A DNA stretch of 63,889 nt, the filler included, from Kipferlia bialata (taxonomy: Eukaryota): the NCBI GenBank assembly GCA_003568945.1. It is 6 parts of 6 records of this genome, joined end to end, with 100 filler letters (N's around TTAATTAATTAA, not from the genome) between each part and the next. Parts side by side here need not be neighbours in the genome. Positions count along the whole stretch, not along the records: positions 14,032 to 27,959 come from BDIP01000882.1; positions 28,060 to 41,987 come from BDIP01000883.1; 4 more parts are not named here. One strand, written 5' to 3'. The position numbers were made by a program, and so were the translations under genes. The notes under the pieces are model-generated. The model saw only the letters and a program-made list of their open reading frames with translations, had not been told where the DNA came from and searched no databases. Shown here in pieces: positions 26,815 through 39,480 of the stretch. The first letter of the stretch is position 1, and every line of letters begins with the position of its first letter.

Positions 26815-27690
26815 TAGTATGTATGATCCTTATTAATCTCACCCTTCTTCCTAGTCATCGGCATTGGCATTGGAAGTGGAGATGATGCAGCTGAGAGAGG
26901 GGCCATTGGAAGAGCACGACCAACACTAGGGGTCAGTCAAGGTAGAGAGACTCTGAGAGTGTATACACTATAGTATATATATATATATATATATATATGC
27001 ATAACATTGGAAGAGAATTATAGATTATAGAAAACAGTCCAATACTATGGGGAGAGAGTGCTTCTGCCCATAGTAACTACATATCTAATATCTTCATTAT
27101 CTACACATAGACTCTAACCTGGGTGACGCTCTGTTGTTTCCTCTCCCCACACTGGGTGAGTCTCACACTCTTCAATAGAAATATTGTTCATATAGTATAA
27201 AGTATAGTATAAATAGTATTCATATATTGTATGTATATATATACATGTACTCCTGACTGTTTTGAGTATATTCCTACCTGGGTGAAGCCCTTTCCCGTCT
27301 CTAGTGAGACTCATAGTATATATAGTACACACATTTCTATACACACACACATATATATATAGATACCAACCTGGGTGAAGCTCTGCTGTTCCCCCTGCCC
27401 ACACTGGGTGAGGCTCTGTTGTATGGTACTGTGGTGACAACAGCTCTCCTATTGTAAGAGTGGATGTACCTATATATATATGGGTGGGGATACAAAATAT
27501 TTCCATTACCATTAATGACAGGTATATTTATATATATACCTAGTCTGCACAGGTGGCAGGGGACTAGACACAGGCAAGGCCACGGGCTTAGGCATAGGAA
27601 GGGGGAAGGGCATGTTGCCACTTTTGCCCTTCTTGGCACTCTGCTTCTGCACTATCTGGCTTTGGATAGTGAAGACATCATCCCTGAAGT
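16405..27690 (-). CDS. Giant (>2,400 aa) type II membrane protein with a beta-strand-rich, acidic, tail-fibre-like ectodomain; 5' end probably incomplete
   Basis: The terminal exon of about 6.5 kb (ORF 16405-22869, acceptor near 22898) is S/T/G/V/D/E-rich with repeats. Small upstream exons encode a Pro/Lys-rich N-terminus (PLPMPMPMTRKKG), one hydrophobic segment (CVTLAVVLVLLVVSIGLGAVAVL, about 25550-25800) and the motif VGIGTPLPSASLEIV. Confidence 0.8.
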
Positions 27691-27915
27691 GAGCTGCGTA
27701 TTTACATTTGCATGTAATAACTACTGTGATTTAACAATCTGACTCTACTAGTAGAGAGTAAGACATCATCTGTGGAGTGAGGTACGAATGAATTATTCCT
27801 TACATGTATATAACTGGGAGCGATGCCTGTTCAAAGAGATAGGGATACAGTATCAGTATCAGTGAGAGAGTCGTTCCAACTCCTGTTTAATGGGTATGGA
27901 GATGGAGAGAGAGAT

Positions 27916-27959
<44 letters not shown>

Positions 27960-28113
27960 NNNNNNNNNNNNNNNNNNNNNNNNNNNNNNNNNNNNNNNNN
28001 NNNTTAATTAATTAANNNNNNNNNNNNNNNNNNNNNNNNNNNNNNNNNNNNNNNNNNNNGGCGTCTTTTTTTTGGATCCCCCCCCCCCCCCCCCCCCCCC
28101 CCTCACCCCCCAG

Positions 28114-28332
28114 GCCGGTGTGCGTGCAGTCATGGCAGCCAACAAGCTCAGCTCGCTCTCTGCTGCTGTTGAGAAGTATGGTACGGCATGTGTGTATGTG
28201 ATGACATGTCAACTACCTATCTATCCCCACACTCTCTCTGACCCCTTAGGTGGCAAGCCCATCCCCAAGAGGACCTCCGCCCCTGCCTCTGCCTCGGTCG
28301 AAGACGCAGAGGACATCGAGTTTGCATTCTAA
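28114..28332 (+). CDS. 3' end of a gene cut by the contig edge; the tail resembles CaMK-type kinase calmodulin-binding segments
   Basis: Two exons splice to AGVRAVMAANKLSSLSAAVEKYGGKPIPKRTSAPASASVEDAEDIEFAF*. The kinase resemblance rests only on 'AGVRAVMAANKL'. Confidence 0.4.
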   Translation, partial: AGVRAVMAANKLSSLSAAVEKYGTACVYVMTCQLPIYPHTLSDPLGGKPIPKRTSAPASASVEDAEDIEFAF

Positions 28333-28565
28333 GCAGAGAGAGGGAAGGAGAGGGAGAGAGTGGTTGTTTTACCTGGTCTGAAGGGGTATATGTGACTCCA
28401 TGTATGTGCCTGATTGTGTTCGGCTTGGTTCAGGGTGTTTTTGTACTAATGTAAATGTTACCCATGTGTTTCGATGGCAGAGTCGTATGGTTACTACAGT
28501 ATGTCTCTAGTCATGGTCTCTCTCAATGTCTGCAAATTCCTATTCTATTCTAACACACTGTCTCC

Positions 28566-30365
28566 TTACTGCTGTGGGATGGGCTCAGTCTCAGCCTCTG
28601 CCTCTGCCTCTATCTCTGCCTCCTCCCCCCTCTGTGCCTGCAGTCTCTCCCTCTCGTCCCCAGGCAGCAGGGCCCAGATGGCATCGGGGATGGACGGGCG
28701 CTCCTTGGTGCCCTGGGGTCAGAGAGGAGGCAGAGGAGACACTATGCACACACACGTGAGATCAATACCAATGCATCTCTGCCATACCTCAGCATACACA
28801 TTCTCCCAGAAGAGCGACAGCTTGTCCAGCTCTGCCGCCTCAAAGGCTAGGATGGAGTCGCTGGTATAAGGGACAGGTAGGTATACACATGCACCTATCC
28901 TCATATCACTCTATACACAACACCCATACCGAGTCTGGCTGTACCAGCTGTCTGCCCAGCAGTACAGCTTGGCGTGGTATGTGACGAAGTTGTTGAACAT
29001 GGCCTTCTGGACACTGTTCTTGGCAACCCTGAGGATAAGGGTGAATAGATATAATATACATGAGCATGTATAGACACTGACACTGATACTGTTCTTGGCA
29101 ACTCTGGCGGTGAGAGGATGGGTATATATATATATATCATGAGTGACTATGTCGTATATATGCATGTCCCCTCACCTTCCGAGCCCCATGACCTTGAGCT
29201 CAAACTTGACCAGCTTGTACACAGTCACGCAGGGGGTGCAGGTGGACTGGGGTGGGGGGTGACTGAGAACTATGAGGATATGAATATGGCCATAGTATCT
29301 ACTCACCTCCCACCCCTTAGTGCTGACTGGCACTCTCTGGGCAAGCTCAGGGGTGGTGAAGGTCTGCCTGAGGTAAGGGTAACGAGGAGAGAATAATAAT
29401 AATACTATGAACCTGGTACTGGGTGATGGAACAATCCCAATACGAGTATCTACACCGATAGGAAACATCACTCAACTAATCGAACGAAACAGAGATAATG
29501 ACACCACGTACTTGCTGGGGTCTATGTCGTCCCCGTGGTGGGATGCGATGTCGACAGTGTATCTCTGCACAGTGGCTAGCTCGGCCTGGGGGTCAGGGGG
29601 AGATGCGTGTAGGAAATGATACATACATATTACATATAGTGACATGCCTCTGACAGGTTGAATGGGTTTGCCGTGTCTCTGTCCTGGCCCCTGTCCCCGT
29701 CTATCAGTCTGGTGTGCAGCTCAAAGGTCAGCTTCGACTTGAGGAAGGGGGAGCTCAGCTTGTTCACTGGGGTGAGGGGGAGGAAAGTGCACCACTAGAA
29801 TATGTAATGTATATACTTCCTCCGTACCGACGTGTGTGGATGCGTTGATGCAGAACTCGTTGACGAACCTGGCCCTGGCTGGCATGATCTTGGTCACCTT
29901 GCCTAGGGTGAGGGAGAGAGGCTAGATGGGAGTGGGGGTCACTTTAGATAGTGTACAGAGTAACATGTGAATGCACTGACTCACCCTTGGGCAGGTGGAT
30001 CCTCTTGAATGTAAGCCGGGCATCCCTGTCCTCGTGTCTGATGCCAACCTGGGGGAGGGGCGGGGGAGAGAGTATGCATAGAAGAGTGTGGGGTTAAGGG
30101 GTTGGGGGGAGGGGGGCTATTCAGAGCGTCATTAGCTGGTATGAATTGACCGTTCTCCCCTCTTTTGCAATCAATCCAGTATACACAAGCATATAGAGTG
30201 CACTAGGCATACACATGTAGCTAACTGACTCACATTGACTATGGGCTCGATCCCCTCTGCACTGGTGCTGTCCTCAAGGGAGGCCCTGGCCACCATGTAG
30301 TGGTGCCCCCTGTCGGTCTCAGCAGCGGTCAGGGGGAGCGTGATGGCATACTGGAACAGATACAT
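28566..30365 (-). CDS. Phosphatidylinositol transfer protein (IP_trans/PITP family), multi-exon
   Basis: The N-terminus MYLFQYAITLPLTAAETDRGHHYMVARASLEDSTSAEGIEPIVN matches the PITP pattern EYRI.LP....EY.....YMVA..S.E....GEGVE. Later exons read TVYKLVKFELKVMGLG and NNFVTYHAKLYCWADSWY (cf. F..FHRQ.FCW.D.WY). Confidence 0.85.
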
Positions 30366-30549
30366 CGCAGCAGGTAAAGAGACAGGGACGTCAGTGCAGA
30401 GTCTCAAAGGGTTGCTACTCTGAACCCTCATTGAGTTGTCTGTGACAAAAATCCTGGACCAAACTTAGCCCAACTTGACCGTCTCTCATACATAGCAGGC
30501 AGGGTAGGCGCACACACACTCAAGGAGGGATTGAGAGCTCTGCGAGCAG

Positions 30550-33500
30550 ATGCCCACGCCTGGGGCTACTCCCACCAGGGAGAGGGAGAAAGCTAGAGCG
30601 AGGCGGCGGCGACAGGGGAAGGCGGCACCCAAGGACTCTAGCAGTCGCACCCCTGTGCGCCGTGTGACATCAGCAGATGGGCCTCTATCGATGGGGTCGA
30701 TATCCAGGGACCTTGCAGTCAATGTCAGCAGGGAGCACGACTCCTTCCGAGAGGGCACAGACGATGAGGCAGAGGGGACAATTCTCAGTAACTACAGGTT
30801 GGGGGCTTTATTTGTAATGGTATTGTAGGGAGAGAGTAGAGGGGGGGGGGGTGCGAGTGGTGTCTGTTTGCTGTATTATGGTGGTGGGTGTGTATGTAGT
30901 AGCGTCGAATCGTGCCTCTCTCTCTCTGTAATTTCAATGGTATTTGATGCCACTACTATTTCTGATACCATACACACAACCACACCCTCCCTCACCACCC
31001 GTGGTGTTGTGAGTAACACCATCTGGTCCTCACATGTTGTTGTTATATATGGCATTGTCTCCCTCCCCTCTCCCCCCCTCTCCCACCCCAGACATGTCTA
31101 TGTGAGGAAGTCCAAGAGAAGCACCAGCCAGCTAGGTGGGTGTATGTGTATATTCCAGTGTCCATATGCAGACTCAGTGTGTGTGTGATTCGATATATGA
31201 TGTCAGAAGTGATGGAGGGATAGTAATATATGTAGTGTATTTCTATCAAGCCTCTCTCGCCATCCCATCGTCCCTCACCCTCAGGCACCCGCCGTGTGCC
31301 CAGTCCCCGGCATGAGGAGGGACAGATAGAGCTGGCACCGCTGCACAGGTCATTCACAAGGTGGGAGCATGTGTAATTGTGTATGTTGTTGGTCCAACGC
31401 TTGTTACCATTGTCATTTGCTATATAACTCTGTCACTTACCCCAGGGGAGAGATGCTTGGGATAGAGAGACCCCCTCCAATGTCATCCAGTACACAGGGT
31501 ATGGGGATGCATCTCAATATGCATCATGTCTGTCAGTCTCAGTGTCTATATACAGTCACAATGAACACACTATATTTCTTTCCTGACCCCTAGGCCATGG
31601 CCACCGCACCCTGCTGGATGCCCTGACTCCCTCTGGCCTGACACCCACCCATGGGGGGCCCAGGACCCACACCTCCCCCACCTCCATGTCCCCCACTTCA
31701 TCCACAGACATGACAGAGGGCATGACAGAGGGCATGACAGAGGGCATGATGCTGGTGGGGGAGGCATCCCCAACGCCACAGGTACAGTGTGTATATATAT
31801 ATACCCTATTGATATACATATATGTATATATACATCAATACTGATGGCCTGATGCTGGTGGGGGAGGCATCACCCACGCCACAGGTACAGTGTATATAGA
31901 TGACATATACAGATTGGTGTATGTACATGACATTGACCCCCCAGACCTGGACCCCTGCCCTCCATAGGGCACAGAGGGCCAAGGACAAGGCACGGGAGAA
32001 GGCCCGGAAGGGACACAGGGCAGTCGGGGCATCACCCCACCACCCATTCGGGGACTCGCCAACCAGGTACTGCATAGATATAGATACATAAGTATGAGTA
32101 TGTATGTATATACGTGAGTATACCTGACCCCCCAGGGCCAAGTCCAGACACAATGCCCGCAACACCATGTTCAGCCAGCACATGAAGAGTAGGAATGACA
32201 TGACATCTACTAATGAGAGAGACAGACAGGAGAGGGAGAGGGAGAGGGAGAGTGTGACGAGGGATGCTGGGAGTAGGGGTTGGGACGGGAGGGAGAGAGA
32301 GAGTGAGATTGCCAAGGTGCTGAGGGAGAGAGAGAGGGAGAGAGGCGGGACACCCTCCCTGACCAAGGGAGAGAGGGAGAGAGACCGGGTGACGGTGTCT
32401 GCCCATGGAGAGCATCCGCTGGTGTCTCAGTCAAACAGAATCAGGTGGGTGGTGTGTTCATTAGTGGTATATGTATGCATAAGCTATATGTACTGACTTC
32501 AGGGCCAAGACTGGCATTGGTGGCCAGCGTGGCACCCCCTCTGTGACATCTACTCCATCTGTGACAAGGCAGAGGGGGGCTAGGGACACAGCGGGCACAG
32601 GCACTGAGGCCCGGCCCCCCTCCCCTCCCCCTGTCAATGAGGCCCTGTCTCTACTAAGGAGACTGGTGTCAGACCAGGCAAAGAGAGACAAGGTGGGGGG
32701 TGAATATATGTAATATGTCCATTGACCATTTATCCATCGTTTAGTTGTCCTCACCCCCAGTATGTGGACCCTCTGTTCAGCGCTGATGACGGTGCCCCAG
32801 CTGGACGGGACCAGCCACTAGTCAACCAGCAGCCATCTGCACCCTCAGATGCTATCAATGCCAGTGCCAATGCCAGTGGTAGTGGCATAGTGACTGATAG
32901 TAGGGGTGTGGGTGTGCACACACCCTCAGGGCCAGTTGTCGATGGGTCAGGGGCTGTCCTTAACCCCGACGACGCAGCATTCCTGGAGGGCAGGGTGCCA
33001 TTTGGACTCGAGTCACTCTCAGAGGTATATTCTACAGTGGTGCATACTATAGTACCTGTGCATCCGTTGATTCCTCTCCCCCCAGGTTGATGACGTACTG
33101 TCTAGTAGTATACTATGATTGTGTCAAGTGTGTATCCTCCTTTCCCCCCAGGTAGATGCGTACTGCCTTGTGCTGGATGAGGTCATGGCCAGGAGTCAGG
33201 CCCTGGACAGCCAAGTATTGGATAGGGTCAAGGCATACTTCCTAAAGAGACTACACAGGTGGGGGGTGGATATCTAGTATTGTCATGTATGGTACTGGCT
33301 CTGCCTATACATTCCTATCCATTGTGTGGTTTATATGTATATGCATTGTAACAGTTGTAGTTGTGGTTTCTCACCCCAGACAACCCCTTGAGATCCGAGA
33401 GTTGAGACGAGTATTGGACCGAGTGGAGAACCAACTCAGCAGTGAACAGGTGAGGATATGTGGCTTGTGGTATATGGCCCATTTTCTTGTCTCTTCGATA

Positions 33501-36500
33501 GTCACCCCAATCTCGTAGATTTGTAGTTGTATTAACATCTCATGTATGTCCTCACCCCAGGCCGGTCACCGGTCCGAGAGGTCCCAGCGGGAGAGGGTGG
33601 AGATGGAACTGGGTCACATGAGGTAGCAATATTTCAAGTACTGCATTTACAGTACCCCCCCCCCCCATCTCACCCCCCAGGTCGACTGTGACCACGCTGC
33701 GTGGTGATCTGTCTGGTGCGACCAAGGAGAGAGACAGCCTGAGGGGGGAGAACGAGGGGATCAAGGCAGACCTCCAGATGCTCAAACAGAAGCTGGACAC
33801 GTACGTGCAGTAATATACAGAATGATATATAGCAAGTATTGGATACCCTCTTCCACCTCCCTCACCCCCAGACTAGGCATGGAGGCCGAGCACCTGCGGC
33901 ACGAGAACAGTCTGTTGGTGTCTAGGAATACGAGTCAGACTGAGACCCTAGTTAGTGTGAGGACAGGGGGGGAGACCACACTCGACACACTCCACAACAC
34001 GTGCATAGAGAGGGACGGTCTGATAGAGAAGGTCATGAGACCCCTTGCTGAACTAGCAGCACCAGTCTTTGTCTCACCATTTACATCCCCCTCACCCCCT
34101 AGGTAGCCAAGGTTGAGGCCGCCCATGCCGCCCTATCCTCCGAACTGGCAGACGAGAAGGACAAGCACGCAGCCCAACTCGCGCAGAAGCAGGTGGGGCC
34201 AGTGGTTTCATATATCATTGCCAGATGCATACTTGCGATATGTTCCCCACCCCCCCATCCTCACCCCCAGAGTCTCTTGGCCAGTGAACAGCTGAGGGTG
34301 GCCACGCTCACTAAGGTAGGATGTTGTGACATTGTCAAACTGTTGAAACAGAGAGGGTCGTAATGTGTTGTCATCTCACCCCTTCAGGACCTGGCCGAGA
34401 TGCGGTCCAGACCCCCTGTGCAGAAGATAGTGTACATGCAGGCCAGAACAAGGGTCGAGAGCGCAAAGGTATACTCATGTATATATGTATACATACACCA
34501 TTAGATTTGTTTTGTTTGTGTACATGTGCTATACTTTGCTACCTCCCCCATCTCTGTCTGACCCTTAGGAGAAGGCCAAGCCCTCCACCCCCCAGGCCAA
34601 GAAGGGAGAGCCAACACGAGATGCCTCAGTGCAGACCAGACGACCAATGGTGCCCAGCGCGTCAACAGCACAGCTCAGACAGCAGGTATGGGAATATGGA
34701 TATACTATTCTAATTATTTTCAATATGCAGTGACATGACCCCCTCTAACCTTCAGGCCCAGGACAAGAAGAGGGAGAAGGAGAGGGAGAGAGAGAGGCAG
34801 AAGGAGAGGGACGAGATGGCCAAGGAGCGGGAGAGGGTGGCCAACCTCCTCAACACAGCAGAGATAGCCAAGGAGGCTGGGGAGATTGCACTCGAGGAGG
34901 CAAAGGCTCTGCAGGTGTGTGTTTATGTATGCTAGTATATACATATACACATATATTTTTATATTTGTATACATTTGTGTGTGTATACCTCCCCTCCCCC
35001 TGACCCCCAGGCGGATGTGTCTGAGAGGGAGGCAGACATGGAGGCAGACATGCTCAGAAAGACACAGGTACCTGGGGTTGGAATACTATGCATCCTTACT
35101 GATATTTGGTCTCACACTATTATGCATACCCTCACCCCTAGAACCTTGAGGCAAGGGAGAGAGACATGGCGTCTGAGAGACAGCGGCTGGAGGCCAGACT
35201 CGCCTTGGTTGAGAAGGAGAGGGAGGGATTCAGGGAGCAGGACAAGCTGTCGAAGGCCCAGTCTCTCAAGCAAATGGAGGGAATGACGTCTCCTAGGTAT
35301 GGTGCATCATATGTGTATACATATACTGTACCATGTCTATTACTGTACTTGTATATCTCCACCCCTCTCTCACCCTAGGACTGTGAGCAGACTGCAGCGT
35401 GACCTACAGGCAGCCAAGGACGCCCTGTTACAGGTGGGTACATCCTACTTTATACATACACTCATGATGCCCATATATACCCCCCCCCCCTCCCCTGACC
35501 CCAGGCCCAGCAGGACAAGCGGGATGTGTCAGCCGAGCTGGACTCTGTCCAGACCACATCCTCCAAGGACCTGGCCTCACTCGCAGCCAGGCAGATGACA
35601 AAGATACAGGTGGGTGGTATATTAGTATATTTTCATTGTAAGGCATGTGCTAACCTTAGGACCTCCGCAACTCCCTGACCGCTGAGCACGAGGGTGTCAT
35701 GACACAGAAGGACAAGGAGTACAAGGAGAGGGAGAAGGTACGTGGTGTGTGTGTATGTGTGTATGTATAAGTGTATCATAATAGCTACTTCATCGCCCCC
35801 ACCCCCCAGGTTGCTGAGATGGAGAGGGATGCCGAGATCAGAAGAATGAAGGAGGAGCATTCACTGATGAAGCAGGGCCTGGTCAGGAAGGACAGGTGGG
35901 TGGGAGTGTGTACATACATTCGAGATATATATGTATCTGTAGCATGTCTCCCTATTGTATATATATATATACCTGTCTGACCCCCAGGGAGCAGGCTGCC
36001 ACCATCGCCTCTCTGACCGAGGAGGTGTCCACACTCACAGCAAGGGCAGACGGGTTCAGGTGGGGTGGGGTGTTTGCGGGGAGTGTATTCTCTATGAGAT
36101 AATGAAGTGAGGGACAGTATTCATTACATATGTGTGCAAGGGCACACGGGTTCAGGTGGGGGGGGGGGGGGGGGATACGTAGAATGGATAGTATAAGAGA
36201 AGGTNNNNNNNNNNNNNNNNNNNNNNNNNNNNNNNNNNNNNNNNNNNNNNNNNNNNNNNNNNNNNNNNNNNNNNNNNNNNNNNNNNNNNNNNNNNNNNNN
36301 NNNNNNNNNNNNNNNNNNNNNNNNNNNNNNNNNNNNNNNNNNNNNNNNNNNNNNNNNNNNNNNNNNNNNNNNNNNNNNNNNNNNNNNNNNNNNNNNNNNN
36401 NNNNNNNNNNNNNNNNNNNNNNNNNNNNNNNNNNNNNNNNNNNNNNNNNNNNNNNNNNNNNNNNNNNNNNNNNNNNNNNNNNNNNNNNNNNNNNNNNNNN

Positions 36501-37146
36501 NNNNNNNNNNNNNNNNNNNNNNNNNNNNNNNNNNNNNNNNNNNNNNNNNNNNNNNNNNNNNNNNNNNNNNNNNNNNNNNNNNNNNNNNNNNNNNNNNNNN
36601 NNNNNNNNNNNNNNNNNNNNNNNNNNNNNNNNNNNNNNNNNNNNNNNNNNNNNNNNNNNNNNNNNNNNNNNNNNNNNNNNNNNNNNNNNNNNNNNNNNNN
36701 NNNNNNNNNNNNNNNNNNNNNNNNNNNNNNNNNNNNNNNNNNNNNNNNNNNNNNNNNNNNNNNNNNNNNNNNNNNNNNNNNNNNNNNNNNNNNNNNNNNN
36801 NNNNNNNNTCATTGACTGATTTTCCCCTTGTCCAATTCCCTCCCCCCCCCCCCCCCACCCGCAGCCTTCTCCGGCTGTGGGGCAGACGAGTACAGAAAGA
36901 GGCTCTTCCCCCACAGGGTGTATAGAAAGAGGTATGAATTGTGTGCTAGTTACTGGGTACTTGGGTTGTATACCCCATTGTGTGCACCGTGTACTGTGCA
37001 TAGCAGCATGTCCGACCCCAGGTTCCGCGTCTACATAGCCACCCTCAGAGAGCATGGGCAGTGGCCGGTGGTCAGGGGCCAGTCCCAGTCAGCCAAGCAG
37101 TGTAAGGGGGGATGCGGAGCTGAGAAGGCCCCCCTGCTACCAACCC

Positions 37147-37150
<4 letters not shown>
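30550..37150 (+). CDS. Large coiled-coil protein with a low-complexity N-terminus, many exons, interrupted by an assembly gap
   Basis: Many in-frame GT-AG exons are E/R/K/Q/L-rich (QPLEIRELRRVLDRVENQLSSEQ; AQDKKREKERERERQKERDEMAKERERVANLL; MASERQRLEARLALVEKEREGFREQ). The 3' end is uncertain. Confidence 0.65.
36205..36807. other. Sized intra-scaffold assembly gap
   Basis: About 600 N without the linker, inside the coiled-coil gene. Confidence 0.9.
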
Positions 37151-37194
<44 letters not shown>

Positions 37195-37639
37195 AGTTCA
37201 ATTGAATATGTAATGACTGCGTTCTTGTAATATCATTGTAACGCCTGTGTCCAGGTATAGTGGTACCCTTCCACTGATGTGTGAGACTGTTGTGTCTGTG
37301 TGTTAGACTATTGTCTTAGAATTGACGGTACAATAGTATGTGTGTCTTCGAATAGAAATAGAATTCTGGTTAGTGAAATAGTATAGCGTTCAAATGATCC
37401 TATAGGTGGGTTCTGGTCCACAGTCAATAGTACACAGAAGAATATCATACACACAGTCAATATATATTATACACAGCATAGGTATACCAATGTACAGGTA
37501 TGTTGAGAGCAATGACATACACAACACATGTATGAGAGACATCAACGGAGCATCAGAGTCTATTCACCGGCCTATCCCTTGCCACTCTACGGTCACGACC
37601 ATCTATGCCACACCATATCTGTATCACGAAGCCACCACC

Positions 37640-37991
37640 CTACATCACAATCTGCGCCTCCCAGATACTCTCCTGGGTGTGAGTATATGATATGAATATA
37701 TAAATATATATATACCAATGTATATATGAATGTATATGTATATATATATGGGGACTGACACGTACATATATATCGTGCATACACTTCTATAAACATGAAT
37801 ATATATATATACATGTATGTATCTACAGTTGTCCAGGGTGGACACACTGTGTATATGCACTGTATAGAATATTGCATATATAAAATGCGTGAAATTAGAT
37901 GGGATGCATTACGTACTATACCCCAAAAGTCGAAGGACACTGTGACAGACATCATGTGTATATATAGAGGTATGTACACACACACACACAG

Positions 37992-38024
<33 letters not shown>

Positions 38025-39445
38025 CATATGTATGCAGCCTGTGCACCTTGAGGGCCTTGTGGGGCAGGACCATGGCAGCCCTCACCACAGTCTCATCCTC
38101 GACATGCACATCCTAAGGGGTCAGGGACAAGGGTGGAGCAAGACAGAGGGTGTGGATGAGAAGAGGCGTACTCGTTGCATGTCACCAACTTCTCATACTG
38201 CACAATATAAATACAACAGTAGTCATCCGTGTCCATACCTCCCCCAGGACCGACATGTCACACACATGGGACCACCCCCCTAGGCTGCAGTAGGAGCCTA
38301 CGATGCTGGGGTCAGTGGCAGTATCAGGGTATGTAGTGTACACTATCCATACAATCACCCACCCCTAACTATCAGGGCCAGTGTCATATATATATCATAT
38401 ATATATACCTCCCCCCACCTGTGTGTGACGCATAGTGGTATAGTTGGAGAGTTGTATAGATGTGTATATGTACCAACATACTTATCTGTCACGCATAGGT
38501 TTCTGTATGTACATTTATATGGGTATGTATATATATATGGGTATATACATATATATGGGTATAGTATATATATGGGTATATATGACCCATGTGTATGTGC
38601 ATACCTGTCTGTGACGCATGCATGGCCACCCACCGTGGTGCAGGGCATGATGACAGACCGACGCACCCTGGCACCCTGGCATCAGGAGCATAGGTGTATG
38701 AGGTGTAATAGGTGTCATGGTTATCATGGGTATATCAAGACAGGTATGGATAGAGAGGGGGAGGGGATGATACAGCGACAGACATGTGAAACAGACGCGT
38801 GTACAAGGGTCAGTCGTATACACTGATAGATACACATTGGCATATGCTGACCCGCCCCCTGATACCCATCCGTGTTGCATACCTTGACCACCGTGGCCTG
38901 TCTCCCCAGCGTGGCGTAGGGCCCGATGACGGCACCTGGGGGGTAGGGGAGATAGGATGGGTATGATGGGCATGATGGGTATGATAGGTATGATGGGTAT
39001 GGTCTGAAGGGCATGTCAGGGGATATACTGGTACGAGGTCGTCCATAAACACGCCCATAGACACGCTCCCAATGAGGCCAATACACATATATACGTGTAC
39101 CCATACCCCCACACACCCACCCACCTGGCTCGACCCTAGCCTCGGGGTGTATCAGACAGGGAGGGATGACTCTGAAGGTCCCATCGCCTGCACTGCTAGC
39201 GACATCATGGCCGTCCTGGGAGTATGAGTATCATAGTATGAGTATCATAGTATGAGTATCATAGTATAGTCAGAGACATGCACACACACACAGGCATGGA
39301 TAGAGTATACACATACACATTGGTACCTCTCCGTTGTCTGTGTCCCTAGGCAGTATGGCACCCTCTCTCAGGTGGTTGTGCTATGGTCAGACGGCATACA
39401 CACTTGTACACACACTCAAATACCTATATATATATATATATGAAT

Positions 39446-39480
<35 letters not shown>

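Noticed and set aside
35952..37055. Long ORFs spanning the 36.2-36.8 kb region
   Set aside because: Artefacts of reading through the N gap.
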